The notes under the pieces are model-generated. The model had not been told where the DNA came from, made no database searches, and saw only the letters and a program-made list of their open reading frames with translations. 64,000 nucleotides of DNA from Candidatus Omnitrophota bacterium (GTDB lineage: Bacteria; Omnitrophota; Gorgyraeia; B26-G9). Both the position numbers and the translations under genes were made by a program. Positions 10,258 to 19,458 of this stretch are shown piece by piece. The stretch is taken from assembly GCA_018817165.1 (NCBI GenBank), contig JAHITY010000101.1:278-64277 (forward strand), written 5' to 3'. The first letter of the stretch is position 1, and the number at the start of each line of letters is the position of its first letter.

Positions 10258-10707
10258 ATGAATAAATGCAGAGTTTTTACTCTTAAGAAAATAAAACCGC
10301 AAAAAATCACAAAACAAAGTTTTAAAAAATACGGTTCTATTATCGAATGGGATGGTCCTGAAAATAAAGCGGAAAAAAATCAATTTAGAATTGTAATCCG
10401 TGATAGTAAAGTCACTGGATGGAGAATCGCTTATCTGATTGTTCGCAAAAAAAAAGTTGATTTTTTGGAGCAACATCCGCGTTCTTATGAGAGTTTTGAG
10501 CCGATTAAAGGAAAGTCGATTATTTATGTTGCAAATAAGAAAAATTCTAAAAATATAGAGGCTTTTATTCTGGATAAGCCGATAGTATTGCGTAAGGGGC
10601 TTTGGCATAATGTAGTTACAGTAGGAAAAGAGGCTCATATTAAAATTACTGAGAATAATGATGTTGCTCTTATAAAGCAGTTTTTAGGTTATTGGCTTAC
10701 AGCTTAA
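10258..10707 (+). CDS. ureidoglycolate lyase (AllA)-like cupin protein
   Basis: FKKYGSIIE…, LEQHPRSYESFEPIKGKSIIYVA… and GLWHNVV resemble AllA motifs (FSAYGDVIE / LERHPLGTQAFIPM / NYHRNVWHHP). Confidence 0.5.
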   Translation: MNKCRVFTLKKIKPQKITKQSFKKYGSIIEWDGPENKAEKNQFRIVIRDSKVTGWRIAYLIVRKKKVDFLEQHPRSYESFEPIKGKSIIYVANKKNSKNIEAFILDKPIVLRKGLWHNVVTVGKEAHIKITENNDVALIKQFLGYWLTA

Positions 10708-10918
10708 AATAATAAGGATCCCGACAATATCTGCTAGGCCGCAGCTATTTCGGACTAAATTCGAGCAGGCTGACTTGATGTCGCTTGATGCTCCATAAGT
10801 CAGGCTTAAATAATAATGATTCCGAAAATATCTGCTAGGCCGCAGCTATTTCGGACTAAATTCGAGCAGGCTGACTTGACGTCGTAAAGAACACTCCGTA
10901 AGTCAGGCTCTCATTTAA
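10708..10918. repeat. two tandem copies of an about 105-bp dispersed repeat (third copy at 35927-36036)
   Basis: direct reading: aataataa(g/t)gat(c/t)ccga(c/a)aatatctgctaggccgcagctatttcggactaaattcgagcaggctgacttga(t/c)gtcg…taagtcaggct; internal hairpin (see findings). Confidence 0.85.
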
Positions 10919-10984
10919 TTGACGGGGTGTGTTTTTTATGCTATCGTATAATCCAATATATTGAGTCGAGGTGTATAAATAATC

Positions 10985-11263
10985 ATGGAATATCAAATAT
11001 ATCAGCTCGAAAAAGAAAAAAAATTTGAAGCAACCTGTCTGCGCTGTGGTAATTGCTGCGGGGCACAAGATGATCCCTGTATGCATCTAGTAATCCAGCC
11101 TCATGGAGAGTATTTTTGTGATATTTATGATTCTCGAGGAGGAGTGCAGAAAACACGTTCGGGTAAATTTTTTGAATGTGTTTCTATCCGAGATATTCTG
11201 CATGAAGATTGGTCGGGTAATTGGAATTGTGCTTATAAAAAACAGAATAATATCATAACATAA
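10985..11263 (+). CDS. YkgJ-family (CxxCxxCC) putative zinc/iron-sulfur-binding small protein
   Basis: CLRCGNCC motif plus additional Cys/His; 92 aa. Confidence 0.55.
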   Translation: MEYQIYQLEKEKKFEATCLRCGNCCGAQDDPCMHLVIQPHGEYFCDIYDSRGGVQKTRSGKFFECVSIRDILHEDWSGNWNCAYKKQNNIIT

Positions 11264-11289
11264 TATGGATTTTAATTAAAAGAGGCCAG

Positions 11290-11532
11290 ATGATTGATCA
11301 GCGAATAATATTAAGTAAAAAGGAACTTCCTAAATCTTGGTATAATATTCAAGCTGATTTTTCTAAGCCAGTAACTCCGGCATTAAATCCGGTAACTGGC
11401 AAACCAGCTACTGCTGATTCGGGCTCGCATAAGACGAAGACTGCGCTTGCCCAAGCTTATTATAATAATAAACAAGCGGGAGTCAAGAGAATCGCTACAG
11501 AAATAGGCGCGGGACAGTGGGAAGCGCATTAG
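11290..11532 (+). pseudogene. remnant of a tryptophan synthase beta-like (TrpB2-type) gene with an internal in-frame deletion and 3' truncation
   Basis: [28 protein letters not shown] (TrpB2 N-terminus) joined directly to [34 protein letters not shown] (PLP-lysine GSHK and ETGAGQWG regions, normally about 55 aa downstream); ORF stops after 80 aa, whereas TrpB is about 400-450 aa. Confidence 0.55.
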
Positions 11533-11622
11533 CTTTCGCGACTAATTTCTTTGGTATTGAATGCGTGGTTTATATGGTAAAAATAATCTTGGATCTGTGA
11601 GTTTTAGGCGGAAAGCGGAATA

Positions 11623-11883
11623 ATGTTTATTAATATAAAAGTAATTACTAATGCGGCTAAAAACGAAATAACCGAGCAAGCAAAAGGGCAATATTTAGTC
11701 AAAGTGACTGCTTCGCCGGAAAGAGGCAAGGCAAATAAAAGAGTAATGGAATTGCTGGCAGAATATTTCGCGGTTCCGAAAATGGATATACTCATAGTCA
11801 AGGGTAAGTATAATTCTAAAAAATTGCTAAATATTATAAATAAAAAACAAATAAACAAACAAACAGATGAGGAGGAAGTATGA
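11623..11883 (+). CDS. DUF167 (YggU/UPF0235) family protein
   Basis: …NAAKNEI…LVKVTASPERGKANKRVMELLAEYF… typical YggU pattern; 4-nt ATGA overlap with the next gene. Confidence 0.7.
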   Translation: MFINIKVITNAAKNEITEQAKGQYLVKVTASPERGKANKRVMELLAEYFAVPKMDILIVKGKYNSKKLLNIINKKQINKQTDEEEV

Positions 11884-12101
11884 AAGAACAGGTAGAAAAG
11901 ATACTTGAGGAGATAAGACCAATGCTTCAGGCTGATGGTGGAAATGTTGAATTGGTAGCAGTTACTGCCGATGGGATTGTTCAGGTTAGGCTTAAAGGCG
12001 CCTGTGGATCATGTCCAATGTCTCAGATGACATTAAAGATGGGTATAGAGAAAAGAATTAAAGAGGCACTTCCTTCAATCAAGGAAGTAGTAGCTGTATA
12101 A
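11880..12101 (+). CDS. NifU-like (Nfu-type) Fe-S cluster scaffold domain protein
   Basis: 73 aa; GGNVELVAV…VRLKGACGSCPMSQMTLKMGIE matches the Nfu C-terminal domain CxxC. Confidence 0.8.
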   Translation: MKEQVEKILEEIRPMLQADGGNVELVAVTADGIVQVRLKGACGSCPMSQMTLKMGIEKRIKEALPSIKEVVAV

Positions 12102-12125
12102 TTTTTTGATAAAAAAGGGATTCTT

Positions 12126-12545
12126 GTGGCAAAACTGATTAGGTTTGGGGTTTCGATTGATAAGAAATTGCTGGATAAATTTGATGCTTTAATTTTAAAG
12201 CATCAATATTCTAATCGGTCACAAGCAATTGCTGATTTTATGCGGGAAAAGCTGATTGAACAGGATTGGAATACTCAGAAAAAGAAGGTTGCGGCAACTA
12301 TTAGTTTAGTTTACAGTCATCATCACAGAACAATGCTTAATAAAGTGATGGATATTCAGCATGACTTTGAGAAATTAATCATATCAACGCAGCATATTCA
12401 TCTTGATCATGATAATTGTTTAGAAATTATTGCGGCATTTGGAAAAGGACAGGATATTTTAGAGCTGGCGCAGAGGCTGCGTGCGGTTAAAGGGATAAAA
12501 CATGCTTCTTTTACAATGACAACTAGCGGTAAGCAAATAAGTTAG
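12126..12545 (+). CDS. nikR: nickel-responsive transcriptional regulator NikR
   Basis: GTG start; N-terminal ribbon-helix-helix (RFGVSIDKKLLDKFD…NRSQAIADFMRE) plus C-terminal metal-binding domain with His cluster (VYSHHHR…HIHLDHDNCLE). Confidence 0.8.
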   Translation: MAKLIRFGVSIDKKLLDKFDALILKHQYSNRSQAIADFMREKLIEQDWNTQKKKVAATISLVYSHHHRTMLNKVMDIQHDFEKLIISTQHIHLDHDNCLEIIAAFGKGQDILELAQRLRAVKGIKHASFTMTTSGKQIS

Positions 12546-12565
12546 TTATCACAGCTTAATGATTA

Positions 12566-12607
12566 AAAGCGGCAACTTTCAATTTTTAAGTTGCCGCTTT
12601 TTTTTAT
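12566..12607 (+). terminator. rho-independent terminator
   Basis: AAGCGGCAACT-loop-AGTTGCCGCTT followed by a run of 9 T. Confidence 0.8.
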
Positions 12608-12698
12608 TAAGGGTTTTAATCGTTTACTGTTTTGGCTTTATAATGTTGGAAAGACTTGCTATGTAAGGGGATATCTGCTAAAATTAAGGTGGTGAATT

Positions 12699-13355
12699 AT
12701 GCACAAAAAACAAGCTTTTATAATTAGTTTTGAGGGAATTGAAGGAACCGGGAAAAGTACTCAATCTCGTTTATTAAGTAGTTTTTTAGCCAAACAAGGT
12801 TTTAAAACTGCTTTTTTCAGAGAGCCGGGGTCTTCAGTCTTTGGCGAACAAATCCGGAATATTTTATTGCATGGAAAAAGTAAGCTTAGTGCTTTGTCTG
12901 AAACATTGCTGTTTATTGCAGCGCGGGAACAATTAAGGATTGAAAAAATACAGCCGAATATCGCAAAAAAAGATATAGTGATCATTGATCGCTATATTGA
13001 TGCTACAGTTGCTTATCAAGGGTATGGCTCGGGGGTAGATATTGAGCTGATAAATCAATTGAATAAAGTAGTAATCGGCAAGTGTATTCCCAATTTAACT
13101 ATTTTATTTGATATTGATCCAAAAATCGGGCTTGTGCGGAGTGGAAGAGGTGATCGTTTTGAAAAACGCAAAATCTCTTTTCATCAAAGGGTAAGGATGG
13201 GGTATCTAAAGATAGCAAAAGAAAACCCTGATAGGATAAAAATAATCAAAGTGGATACTGATATTAAAACGATTCAAAATCAGTTAAGGACTATCCTAAA
13301 TAATGAGTTTAATTTTAAAAAAAGAAAACACAAAAAAAGTGCAGATAAAAAATAG
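12699..13355 (+). CDS. tmk: thymidylate kinase
   Basis: FEGIEGTGKSTQ P-loop, DRY motif region, lid region; conserved tmk-holB synteny. Confidence 0.9.
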   Translation: MHKKQAFIISFEGIEGTGKSTQSRLLSSFLAKQGFKTAFFREPGSSVFGEQIRNILLHGKSKLSALSETLLFIAAREQLRIEKIQPNIAKKDIVIIDRYIDATVAYQGYGSGVDIELINQLNKVVIGKCIPNLTILFDIDPKIGLVRSGRGDRFEKRKISFHQRVRMGYLKIAKENPDRIKIIKVDTDIKTIQNQLRTILNNEFNFKKRKHKKSADKK

Positions 13356-14232
13356 TTATGTTTTTAACGATTCGCAAAGTATTGCCAGGGTTTTTGCTAA
13401 TGGCGGGAGCTTTTTATTTGTGGGCGATAATAAAAATCAAATAGAAACGGTTATTGAATCTTTATCTAAGCAAGAAGCATGTTTGAATAAAGTTAATCCT
13501 GGTCAGGATGATGTTTATTGCGGACAGTGCCGCGATTGTCAATTAATTGCTGCTAGACAGCATCCTGATGTTCATTGGATTGAACCCAAAGGGGCTTCAG
13601 CTTCAATTAAAATAGAAGATATCAGGGGGCTAAATGAGCAGATAAACCTGAAGCCTTTTCAGGCACAGAGAAAAACTTTTATTATTCAAGATGCGCAAAG
13701 AATGGGTCCGGAAGCAGCTAATGCTTTACTGAAAACACTTGAAGAACCGCCGCAGAATGCAAGTTTAGTTTTAATTTCAAAAAGTTTAACAGAGCTTTTG
13801 CCGACGATTGTTTCTCGTTGTAAGCTTGTACGCTTTTCTCAAGGCGGCAATGATTTAACTGAAGCTCAACCTCTGATTGATCAGCTTGTTCAGCGTTTTT
13901 TTGAACAGGATGATATCCCCAGTGACAATAGTTTGTATGAAGATATGGGGGCCTTAGACCGGAGCAGGGTGGAGCAGGTTTTATATGAATTGGCTTGTGT
14001 AATGCGGGACATATTGATTATTGGCTTAAAAACTGAGAGGGTTAAGTTTTTAAGCAATCAATCTCCAGAAAAAATAAAGCAATGGTCAGGACTTTTTCAA
14101 CAATCTTTTTTAGAACAGATATTGGAACAGGTTATAATCACGAAGAGCAATGTTAGTAGAAATGCTAATGTTAAGCTGGCAATTGATTTATTGGTAAAAT
14201 CAATTGATAAGTATAAGTTTGTAAACAACTAA
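13303..14232 (+). CDS. holB: DNA polymerase III delta' subunit
   Basis: AAA+ clamp-loader fold with zinc module CGQCRDCQ and SRC motif (IVSRCKL); start uncertain (overlaps tmk 3' end). Confidence 0.8.
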   Translation: MSLILKKENTKKVQIKNSYVFNDSQSIARVFANGGSFLFVGDNKNQIETVIESLSKQEACLNKVNPGQDDVYCGQCRDCQLIAARQHPDVHWIEPKGASASIKIEDIRGLNEQINLKPFQAQRKTFIIQDAQRMGPEAANALLKTLEEPPQNASLVLISKSLTELLPTIVSRCKLVRFSQGGNDLTEAQPLIDQLVQRFFEQDDIPSDNSLYEDMGALDRSRVEQVLYELACVMRDILIIGLKTERVKFLSNQSPEKIKQWSGLFQQSFLEQILEQVIITKSNVSRNANVKLAIDLLVKSIDKYKFVNN

Positions 14233-14285
14233 ATTCAGGAAAACTGTTTAATAATTAAATGTTGCTAAACATTTCGGAGTAAAAT

Positions 14286-15125
14286 ATGGTGAAAATAGTA
14301 AAGGTGAAATTGAAAGATCAGGTAAAGCCGGTGCCTTATAACGCGAACAATTTAAATCTCAATCCGAATGATATGGTTATTGTTGAATCTGAACGCGGGC
14401 AGGATTGCGCGGAAGTTATTTCTGTTGGGGAAAAAAATGCTCAGGATATAAAAGGCGCGGTTAAAAAAGTTATAAGATTGATGACTCCTCAGGACCATGA
14501 ACAGATGTTAACTAATAAAAAAGAGATAAAAGCGATTTTTAAAACAACGCAAAAGAAGATTGTTGAGCGCAAGCTGGAAATGAAGCTTGTTGAAGCGGAA
14601 TATTCTTTTGACCGCAGTAAGATAATTTTCTATTTTACTGCTGAAGGCCGAGTTGATTTTCGAGAATTAGTTCGCGATCTTGCTCACCTTTTTAAGGCAA
14701 GAATAGAATTGAAGCAAATCGGGGTGCGGGATGAAGTGAAGATGTTTGGCGGATACGGCTGTTGCGGCAGAGAGCTTTGCTGCGCGGCGTTTCTTAAGGA
14801 TTTTGAGCCGGTTACTATCCGGATGGCTAAACAGCAGAATATGCCGCTTAATCCGGAAAAAATATCAGGTCTTTGCGGCAGACTAATGTGTTGTTTAGGC
14901 TATGAATATCAGACCTATAAAGAATTTTGCAAAAAACTGCCTAAAGAGGGACAATATATCGAGACACCGGAAGGCAAAGGCAGAGTTTTAAGTGTGCATA
15001 CGCTTAAACAAACGGTTTTAGTGGAATTAGAAGATGAACGTAAAATTGAGGTTTCGCTGAAATCCAAATGCGCGCAAAATCAAGATAAAGGGAAATGTAA
15101 ACAAAATCATGAAAGCGAAAAATAA
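14286..15125 (+). CDS. ricT: PSP1 C-terminal domain protein (RicT/YaaT-like)
   Basis: N-terminal …MVIVESERGQDCAEVIS… and Cys-rich GCCGRELCC…CGRLMCC cluster; conserved position after holB as in Firmicutes. Confidence 0.75.
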   Translation: MVKIVKVKLKDQVKPVPYNANNLNLNPNDMVIVESERGQDCAEVISVGEKNAQDIKGAVKKVIRLMTPQDHEQMLTNKKEIKAIFKTTQKKIVERKLEMKLVEAEYSFDRSKIIFYFTAEGRVDFRELVRDLAHLFKARIELKQIGVRDEVKMFGGYGCCGRELCCAAFLKDFEPVTIRMAKQQNMPLNPEKISGLCGRLMCCLGYEYQTYKEFCKKLPKEGQYIETPEGKGRVLSVHTLKQTVLVELEDERKIEVSLKSKCAQNQDKGKCKQNHESEK

Positions 15126-16581
15126 TTTTTATATAACTACAGCGATTGATTATCCTTCAGGGAAACCGCATATCGGACATGCCTATGAAAAAATCCTGGC
15201 TGATACTATTGCGCGTTGGCAAAGAAGCCAGAAGCGGAATGTTTTTTTTCTTACCGGAACAGATGAACATGGTCAGAAGATTGAGAAGTATGCTAAGCAG
15301 GATAATAAGAGTCCGGAAGAATTTGTCATAGCCATGACAGCGGAATTTATCGGGCTTTGTAAAATGCTTAATATCTCAAATGATGATTTTATTCGGACTA
15401 CGGAAAAAAGACATATTGATGTTGCTTTGGCTATCCTTAAAAAAGCGATGGATAAAGGGGATATTTATAAAGATAAATACGAAGGGTATTATTGCGTTGA
15501 TTGCGAATGTTTTTATCTGGAGCGGGATTTAATTGATGGGAAGTGCGCTGTGCATAAAAAGCCAGCTGATTGGATTGAAGAAGATGGTTATTTTTTTAAG
15601 ATGAGTATGTATCAGCAAAAAGTTCTAGATCACATAGCTAATAATCAGGATTTTATTTTTCCGAAAACTCGGCGTAATGAAATAATTAATCGGATAAAAG
15701 AGGGGGTTAGGGATTTAAGTATTTCCCGTTCTAATTTCAGCTGGGGCATTCCTTTTCCTGCTGATAAAGAACATGTGATTTTTGTCTGGTTTGACGCGTT
15801 GATAAATTATGTAAGCGGAATCGGGTATCCTGATAGTCCGAGATTTGAGGATTTCTGGCCGGCAGATATTCATCTTATCGGCAAGGATATCCTTTGGTTT
15901 CATACTATGGTCTGGATGGCGATTTTAATGTCGGCTGATATTGAGCTGCCAAAAGCTGTTTTTGTTCATGGGTTTATTAATTTACAGGGAGAAAAGATAT
16001 CAAAGAGCTCGGGAGTATTAGTTGATCCGGTTGCGTTAATAGAGAAATACGGGGCAGATAGTTTGCGCTATTTTCTTTTAAGAGAGATGTCTTTTGGGGA
16101 AGATGGTAATTTTTCCGAACAAGCGCTTATTCGCAGAATAAACAGTGACTTGGCAAATGACTTGGGAAATCTAATCCATCGAAGCGCGACAATGATTGAA
16201 AAATATGTGCAAGGTAATGTTCCGATCAAGCGGATTGCTGAGCATCAAGTGACTTTGTGGGAATTCGCGGAAAATCTTAATAATTCGGTTGCTGAGCAAA
16301 TGCAGATTTATAATTTTGCCCAAGCCTTATCGAAGATATGGGAAGTGATTAATTTAGCGAATAAATTTATCGAAGATACAAAACCATGGGTTTTATTTAA
16401 GGAAAATAAACAGGAACAGTTATCTGATTTTATTTTTATTTTAAATTTTGTGATTAATAAGGTGCAGGAAAATTTGCAACCGTTTATGCCTGAGACTGCG
16501 GATAAAATTCAGCAGCAATTCAGTTCAGGCTGTATTAAAAAGCAAGAACCCCTTTTTCCGAGGATTGAAGATGCTGATTGA
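15109..16581 (+). CDS. metG: methionyl-tRNA synthetase (short form)
   Basis: HIGH motif (PHIGHAYE), zinc knuckle CVDCECFY…GKCAVH, KMSKS motif (KISKSSG). Confidence 0.92.
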   Translation: MKAKNNFYITTAIDYPSGKPHIGHAYEKILADTIARWQRSQKRNVFFLTGTDEHGQKIEKYAKQDNKSPEEFVIAMTAEFIGLCKMLNISNDDFIRTTEKRHIDVALAILKKAMDKGDIYKDKYEGYYCVDCECFYLERDLIDGKCAVHKKPADWIEEDGYFFKMSMYQQKVLDHIANNQDFIFPKTRRNEIINRIKEGVRDLSISRSNFSWGIPFPADKEHVIFVWFDALINYVSGIGYPDSPRFEDFWPADIHLIGKDILWFHTMVWMAILMSADIELPKAVFVHGFINLQGEKISKSSGVLVDPVALIEKYGADSLRYFLLREMSFGEDGNFSEQALIRRINSDLANDLGNLIHRSATMIEKYVQGNVPIKRIAEHQVTLWEFAENLNNSVAEQMQIYNFAQALSKIWEVINLANKFIEDTKPWVLFKENKQEQLSDFIFILNFVINKVQENLQPFMPETADKIQQQFSSGCIKKQEPLFPRIEDAD

Positions 16582-17362
16582 TACGCATTGTCATATTGAC
16601 TTTAAGCAATTTGATCAAGATAGGGATGAAGTTATTAAACGCGCTGAGCAAGCAGGTGTAAAATATCTGGTAAATGTGGGGGCCGATATAAGAGGTTCGG
16701 AAGAATCAATAAAATTAGCAAAACAGTATGCTAATATCTTTGCTGCTGTGGGAATCCATCCGCACTATGCCCAGCAGGTAAACAGTCAAGACATTCAATA
16801 TATTGGGGAATTAGCGGGTTCTCAAAAAGTTGTCGCGATTGGCGAAATAGGACTAGATTATTTTGACCATAATAATCCGAAAGTTTTGATCGAAAAGGTT
16901 TTACAGGCAAAGCAACAGGATGTTTTAATCAAGTTTATTGATTTAGCTGTGTGGAAAAAACTGCCGATTATTTTTCATTGTCGTAATGCCGCTGATGATC
17001 TTTTAGCAATAATATCAGAAAATATTAATAGGCAAAATTCGGCAGTAGTTCATTGTTTTGCCCAAAGTAAAGAGTTTTTGCGCAAATGTTTGGACAAAGG
17101 GATTTATGTTTCTTTTACCGCGAACATTACTTATAAAAAAGCGGATGAATTAAGAACGTTGATTGCTTTTACCCCTTTGGATAGAATTTTTTTGGAAACT
17201 GACGCGCCGTATCTTGCTCCTCAGGGGAAACGGGGGCAGCGCAATGAGCCGGCTTATATAACTTTTTTAGCAAGTGAGGTAGCTCGGATAAAACAGATCA
17301 GCCTAGAAAAATTAGCTCAAGTTACAACTGATAGCGCGAAAAGTTTTTTTAAGATTAGTTAA
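16565..17362 (+). CDS. tatD: TatD-family metal-dependent DNase/hydrolase
   Basis: LIDTHCHID… and ETDAPYLAP motifs. Confidence 0.9.
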   Translation: MKMLIDTHCHIDFKQFDQDRDEVIKRAEQAGVKYLVNVGADIRGSEESIKLAKQYANIFAAVGIHPHYAQQVNSQDIQYIGELAGSQKVVAIGEIGLDYFDHNNPKVLIEKVLQAKQQDVLIKFIDLAVWKKLPIIFHCRNAADDLLAIISENINRQNSAVVHCFAQSKEFLRKCLDKGIYVSFTANITYKKADELRTLIAFTPLDRIFLETDAPYLAPQGKRGQRNEPAYITFLASEVARIKQISLEKLAQVTTDSAKSFFKIS

Positions 17363-17414
17363 TATTAAAATGTTTCAGCTAAATTTATAACAATATTAAA
17401 ATTAAGCAGGGTTT

Positions 17415-18509
17415 ATGTCGCAAGTTAGTATAATTCGCTGTGCTGATTATGAAGTAAACGCGCTTTATCAATCTGTAAAACAGTCAGTTGACGCGATTGG
17501 TGGAATCGATAAATTTATTAAAAAAGGGCAATCAGTATTGCTCAAGCCTAATTTTCTTAAAATCGCCAGGCCGGAGGAAGCGGTAATAACTCACCCGGAA
17601 TTTATTCGGGCAGTTATTCGGTTGGTAAAAACCGTTACGGATAAAATATTTATTGGGGATAGTCCCGGGGGATTAGTTAAAGCCGAAGATATTTATGAAC
17701 AATGCGGGATCAAGCAAGTTGCTCAGGAAGAAAACGCGGAGCTGGTTAGATTTGATAAAATTAAACAAATAGAGGGGATTCCCTTTGCCAGGATAAAAGA
17801 CGAGGTTGATGTTGTAATATCATTGCCTAAGCTTAAAACGCATAATCTGACAACCTTAACCTGCGCGATTAAAAATGTTTTTGGTCTTGTTCCTGGTTTG
17901 TATAAAGTCCATTGTCATAAGAAAGCGCCGAATTTTCAGGTTTTTGCCAAAGAATTAGTAAGAATATATTCAATGGCTATTCCTGATTTAAGTATTATCG
18001 ATGGGGTTCTGGCTATGCAAGGAGAAGGCCCTTCCGGAGGCGATCCATATAAACTTGGATTGGTGATTGCATCGGCAGATGCGGTTGCGGCGGATGCTGT
18101 TGTATCCAAAATAATTGGCCTTGACCCGTTTTCTGTGCCGAGTATAAAAATAGCGCATGATCGGAAATTGGGACAGGGGGATTTGAATAATATTCAAGTA
18201 ATCGGAGAGTCCATAGCTAAAGTATTAGTTAATGATTTTGCTTTACCTGAAATAATGGGCATATATAAAATACCCAATTTTTTATTAAAAAGTATTTTAC
18301 GGTTTATTCCGTTAATGTTGACTATCGATGCTAAGAAATGTAATAATTGTTTAATGTGCGTAAAAATTTGCCCGCAAAAAACAATTGAACAATTAAATTT
18401 AAAAGTAAAAATTAATCCAAAAAAATGTATACTTTGTCTTTGCTGTAGTGAAATGTGCCCGAATAATGCAATATATTTGCGTTTTTTAAAGGGGAGAAGA
18501 AAAAAATGA
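17415..18509 (+). CDS. DUF362 domain protein with C-terminal 2x[4Fe-4S] ferredoxin domain
   Basis: DUF362-like N-terminal region; C-terminal CNNCLMCVKICP and CILCLCCSEMCP motifs. Confidence 0.7.
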   Translation: MSQVSIIRCADYEVNALYQSVKQSVDAIGGIDKFIKKGQSVLLKPNFLKIARPEEAVITHPEFIRAVIRLVKTVTDKIFIGDSPGGLVKAEDIYEQCGIKQVAQEENAELVRFDKIKQIEGIPFARIKDEVDVVISLPKLKTHNLTTLTCAIKNVFGLVPGLYKVHCHKKAPNFQVFAKELVRIYSMAIPDLSIIDGVLAMQGEGPSGGDPYKLGLVIASADAVAADAVVSKIIGLDPFSVPSIKIAHDRKLGQGDLNNIQVIGESIAKVLVNDFALPEIMGIYKIPNFLLKSILRFIPLMLTIDAKKCNNCLMCVKICPQKTIEQLNLKVKINPKKCILCLCCSEMCPNNAIYLRFLKGRRKK

Positions 18510-19402
18510 CGAGCAAAATTCTTATTGTTGAAGATACTCAAAAAGATTTTGATTCCTTTCAACAAACATTAGTAAATGAGAAATTTATTATTGTGCGCTC
18601 ATCAGATGGAAAAAATCTGTTTGAGCTTATGGAAAAAGAAAATCCGGATTTGATTATCCTTGATCTTATTTTACCCGAAACTGATGGATTCGAATTGTGC
18701 AAAATAATTCGTTCGGAAGAACGTTTTCTAAATATTCCGATACTCTTCTTTAGCTCATCCTTGAATATGGATAATAAACTTCTTGGTTTGCAACTGGGAG
18801 CTTCGGATTTTTTAAGCAAAGATTGTGATAGCCGAGAGCTTATTATTAAAATTAAAAATTTATTACGCACTAAAAGGCTGTATGATGATGTGGTCCGGCT
18901 TTCGGTTGTTGATAGTTTAACTCATGTTTATAATCGCAGATATTTTCAGCATAGATTGCGGGATGAGTTTGAACGCGCACGGCGCTATGATCGGGATTTT
19001 TGTTGTTTAATTATCGATGTGGATAAATTTAAAGAAGTTAATGATACTTTGGGGCATCCGATCGGTGATAAAGCGCTTAAGTCTATAGCCGATATCCTGC
19101 GCAGCAATATCCGAACCGCGGATATTTTATGCCGCTATGGTGGTGATGAATTTGGTTTGCTTTTACCGGAAACTAATTTTCAGAGGGCTTATGTTACTGC
19201 GGAGCGCGTGCGCAGTAAGGTGGAAAAAATAAATCTGGCAACTGAAGAAAAACCGGTTTTTATATCGCTTAGCTGCGGCATAAGCTCGTTGGTAGAAGGG
19301 GGCGCTTTAGGTATGGAGGAGCTGGTGACACAGGCTGATGTTGCTTTGTATAAAGCGAAAAAAGCGGGAAGAAACCAAATAAGTTTTTATGGTAGAAAAT
19401 AG
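18506..19402 (+). CDS. response regulator receiver-GGDEF diguanylate cyclase (PleD-like), paralog 1
   Basis: REC domain (ILIVEDT…DLIILDLILPETDG) plus GGDEF domain with intact RYGGDEFGLLL. Confidence 0.85.
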   Translation: MTSKILIVEDTQKDFDSFQQTLVNEKFIIVRSSDGKNLFELMEKENPDLIILDLILPETDGFELCKIIRSEERFLNIPILFFSSSLNMDNKLLGLQLGASDFLSKDCDSRELIIKIKNLLRTKRLYDDVVRLSVVDSLTHVYNRRYFQHRLRDEFERARRYDRDFCCLIIDVDKFKEVNDTLGHPIGDKALKSIADILRSNIRTADILCRYGGDEFGLLLPETNFQRAYVTAERVRSKVEKINLATEEKPVFISLSCGISSLVEGGALGMEELVTQADVALYKAKKAGRNQISFYGRK

Positions 19403-19458
19403 GATTCTTGCGGGTTTTAATTTTACAAATAAACAGGGTTTAGCGAAAGGGGGATGTC

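Noticed and set aside
10180-10638. 152-aa minus-strand ORF
   Set aside because: Low-complexity, Phe/Ile/Asn-rich translation typical of antisense AT-rich sequence. Overlaps the confident + strand OsmC and AllA-like genes.
10708-10918. Possible CRISPR array (tandem direct repeats)
   Set aside because: Only two adjacent copies of an about 105-bp unit with no unique spacers of regular length. The unit is far longer than CRISPR repeats and a third isolated copy exists 25 kb away. No cas genes in the window.
10856-11086. 76-aa minus-strand ORF and its twin at 35974-36156 sharing the C-terminus ESLTYGVFFTTSSQPARI
   Set aside because: Identical C-termini arise because both read through copies of the 105-bp repeat. 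N-termini are unrelated, so these are repeat-derived artefacts, not a gene family.
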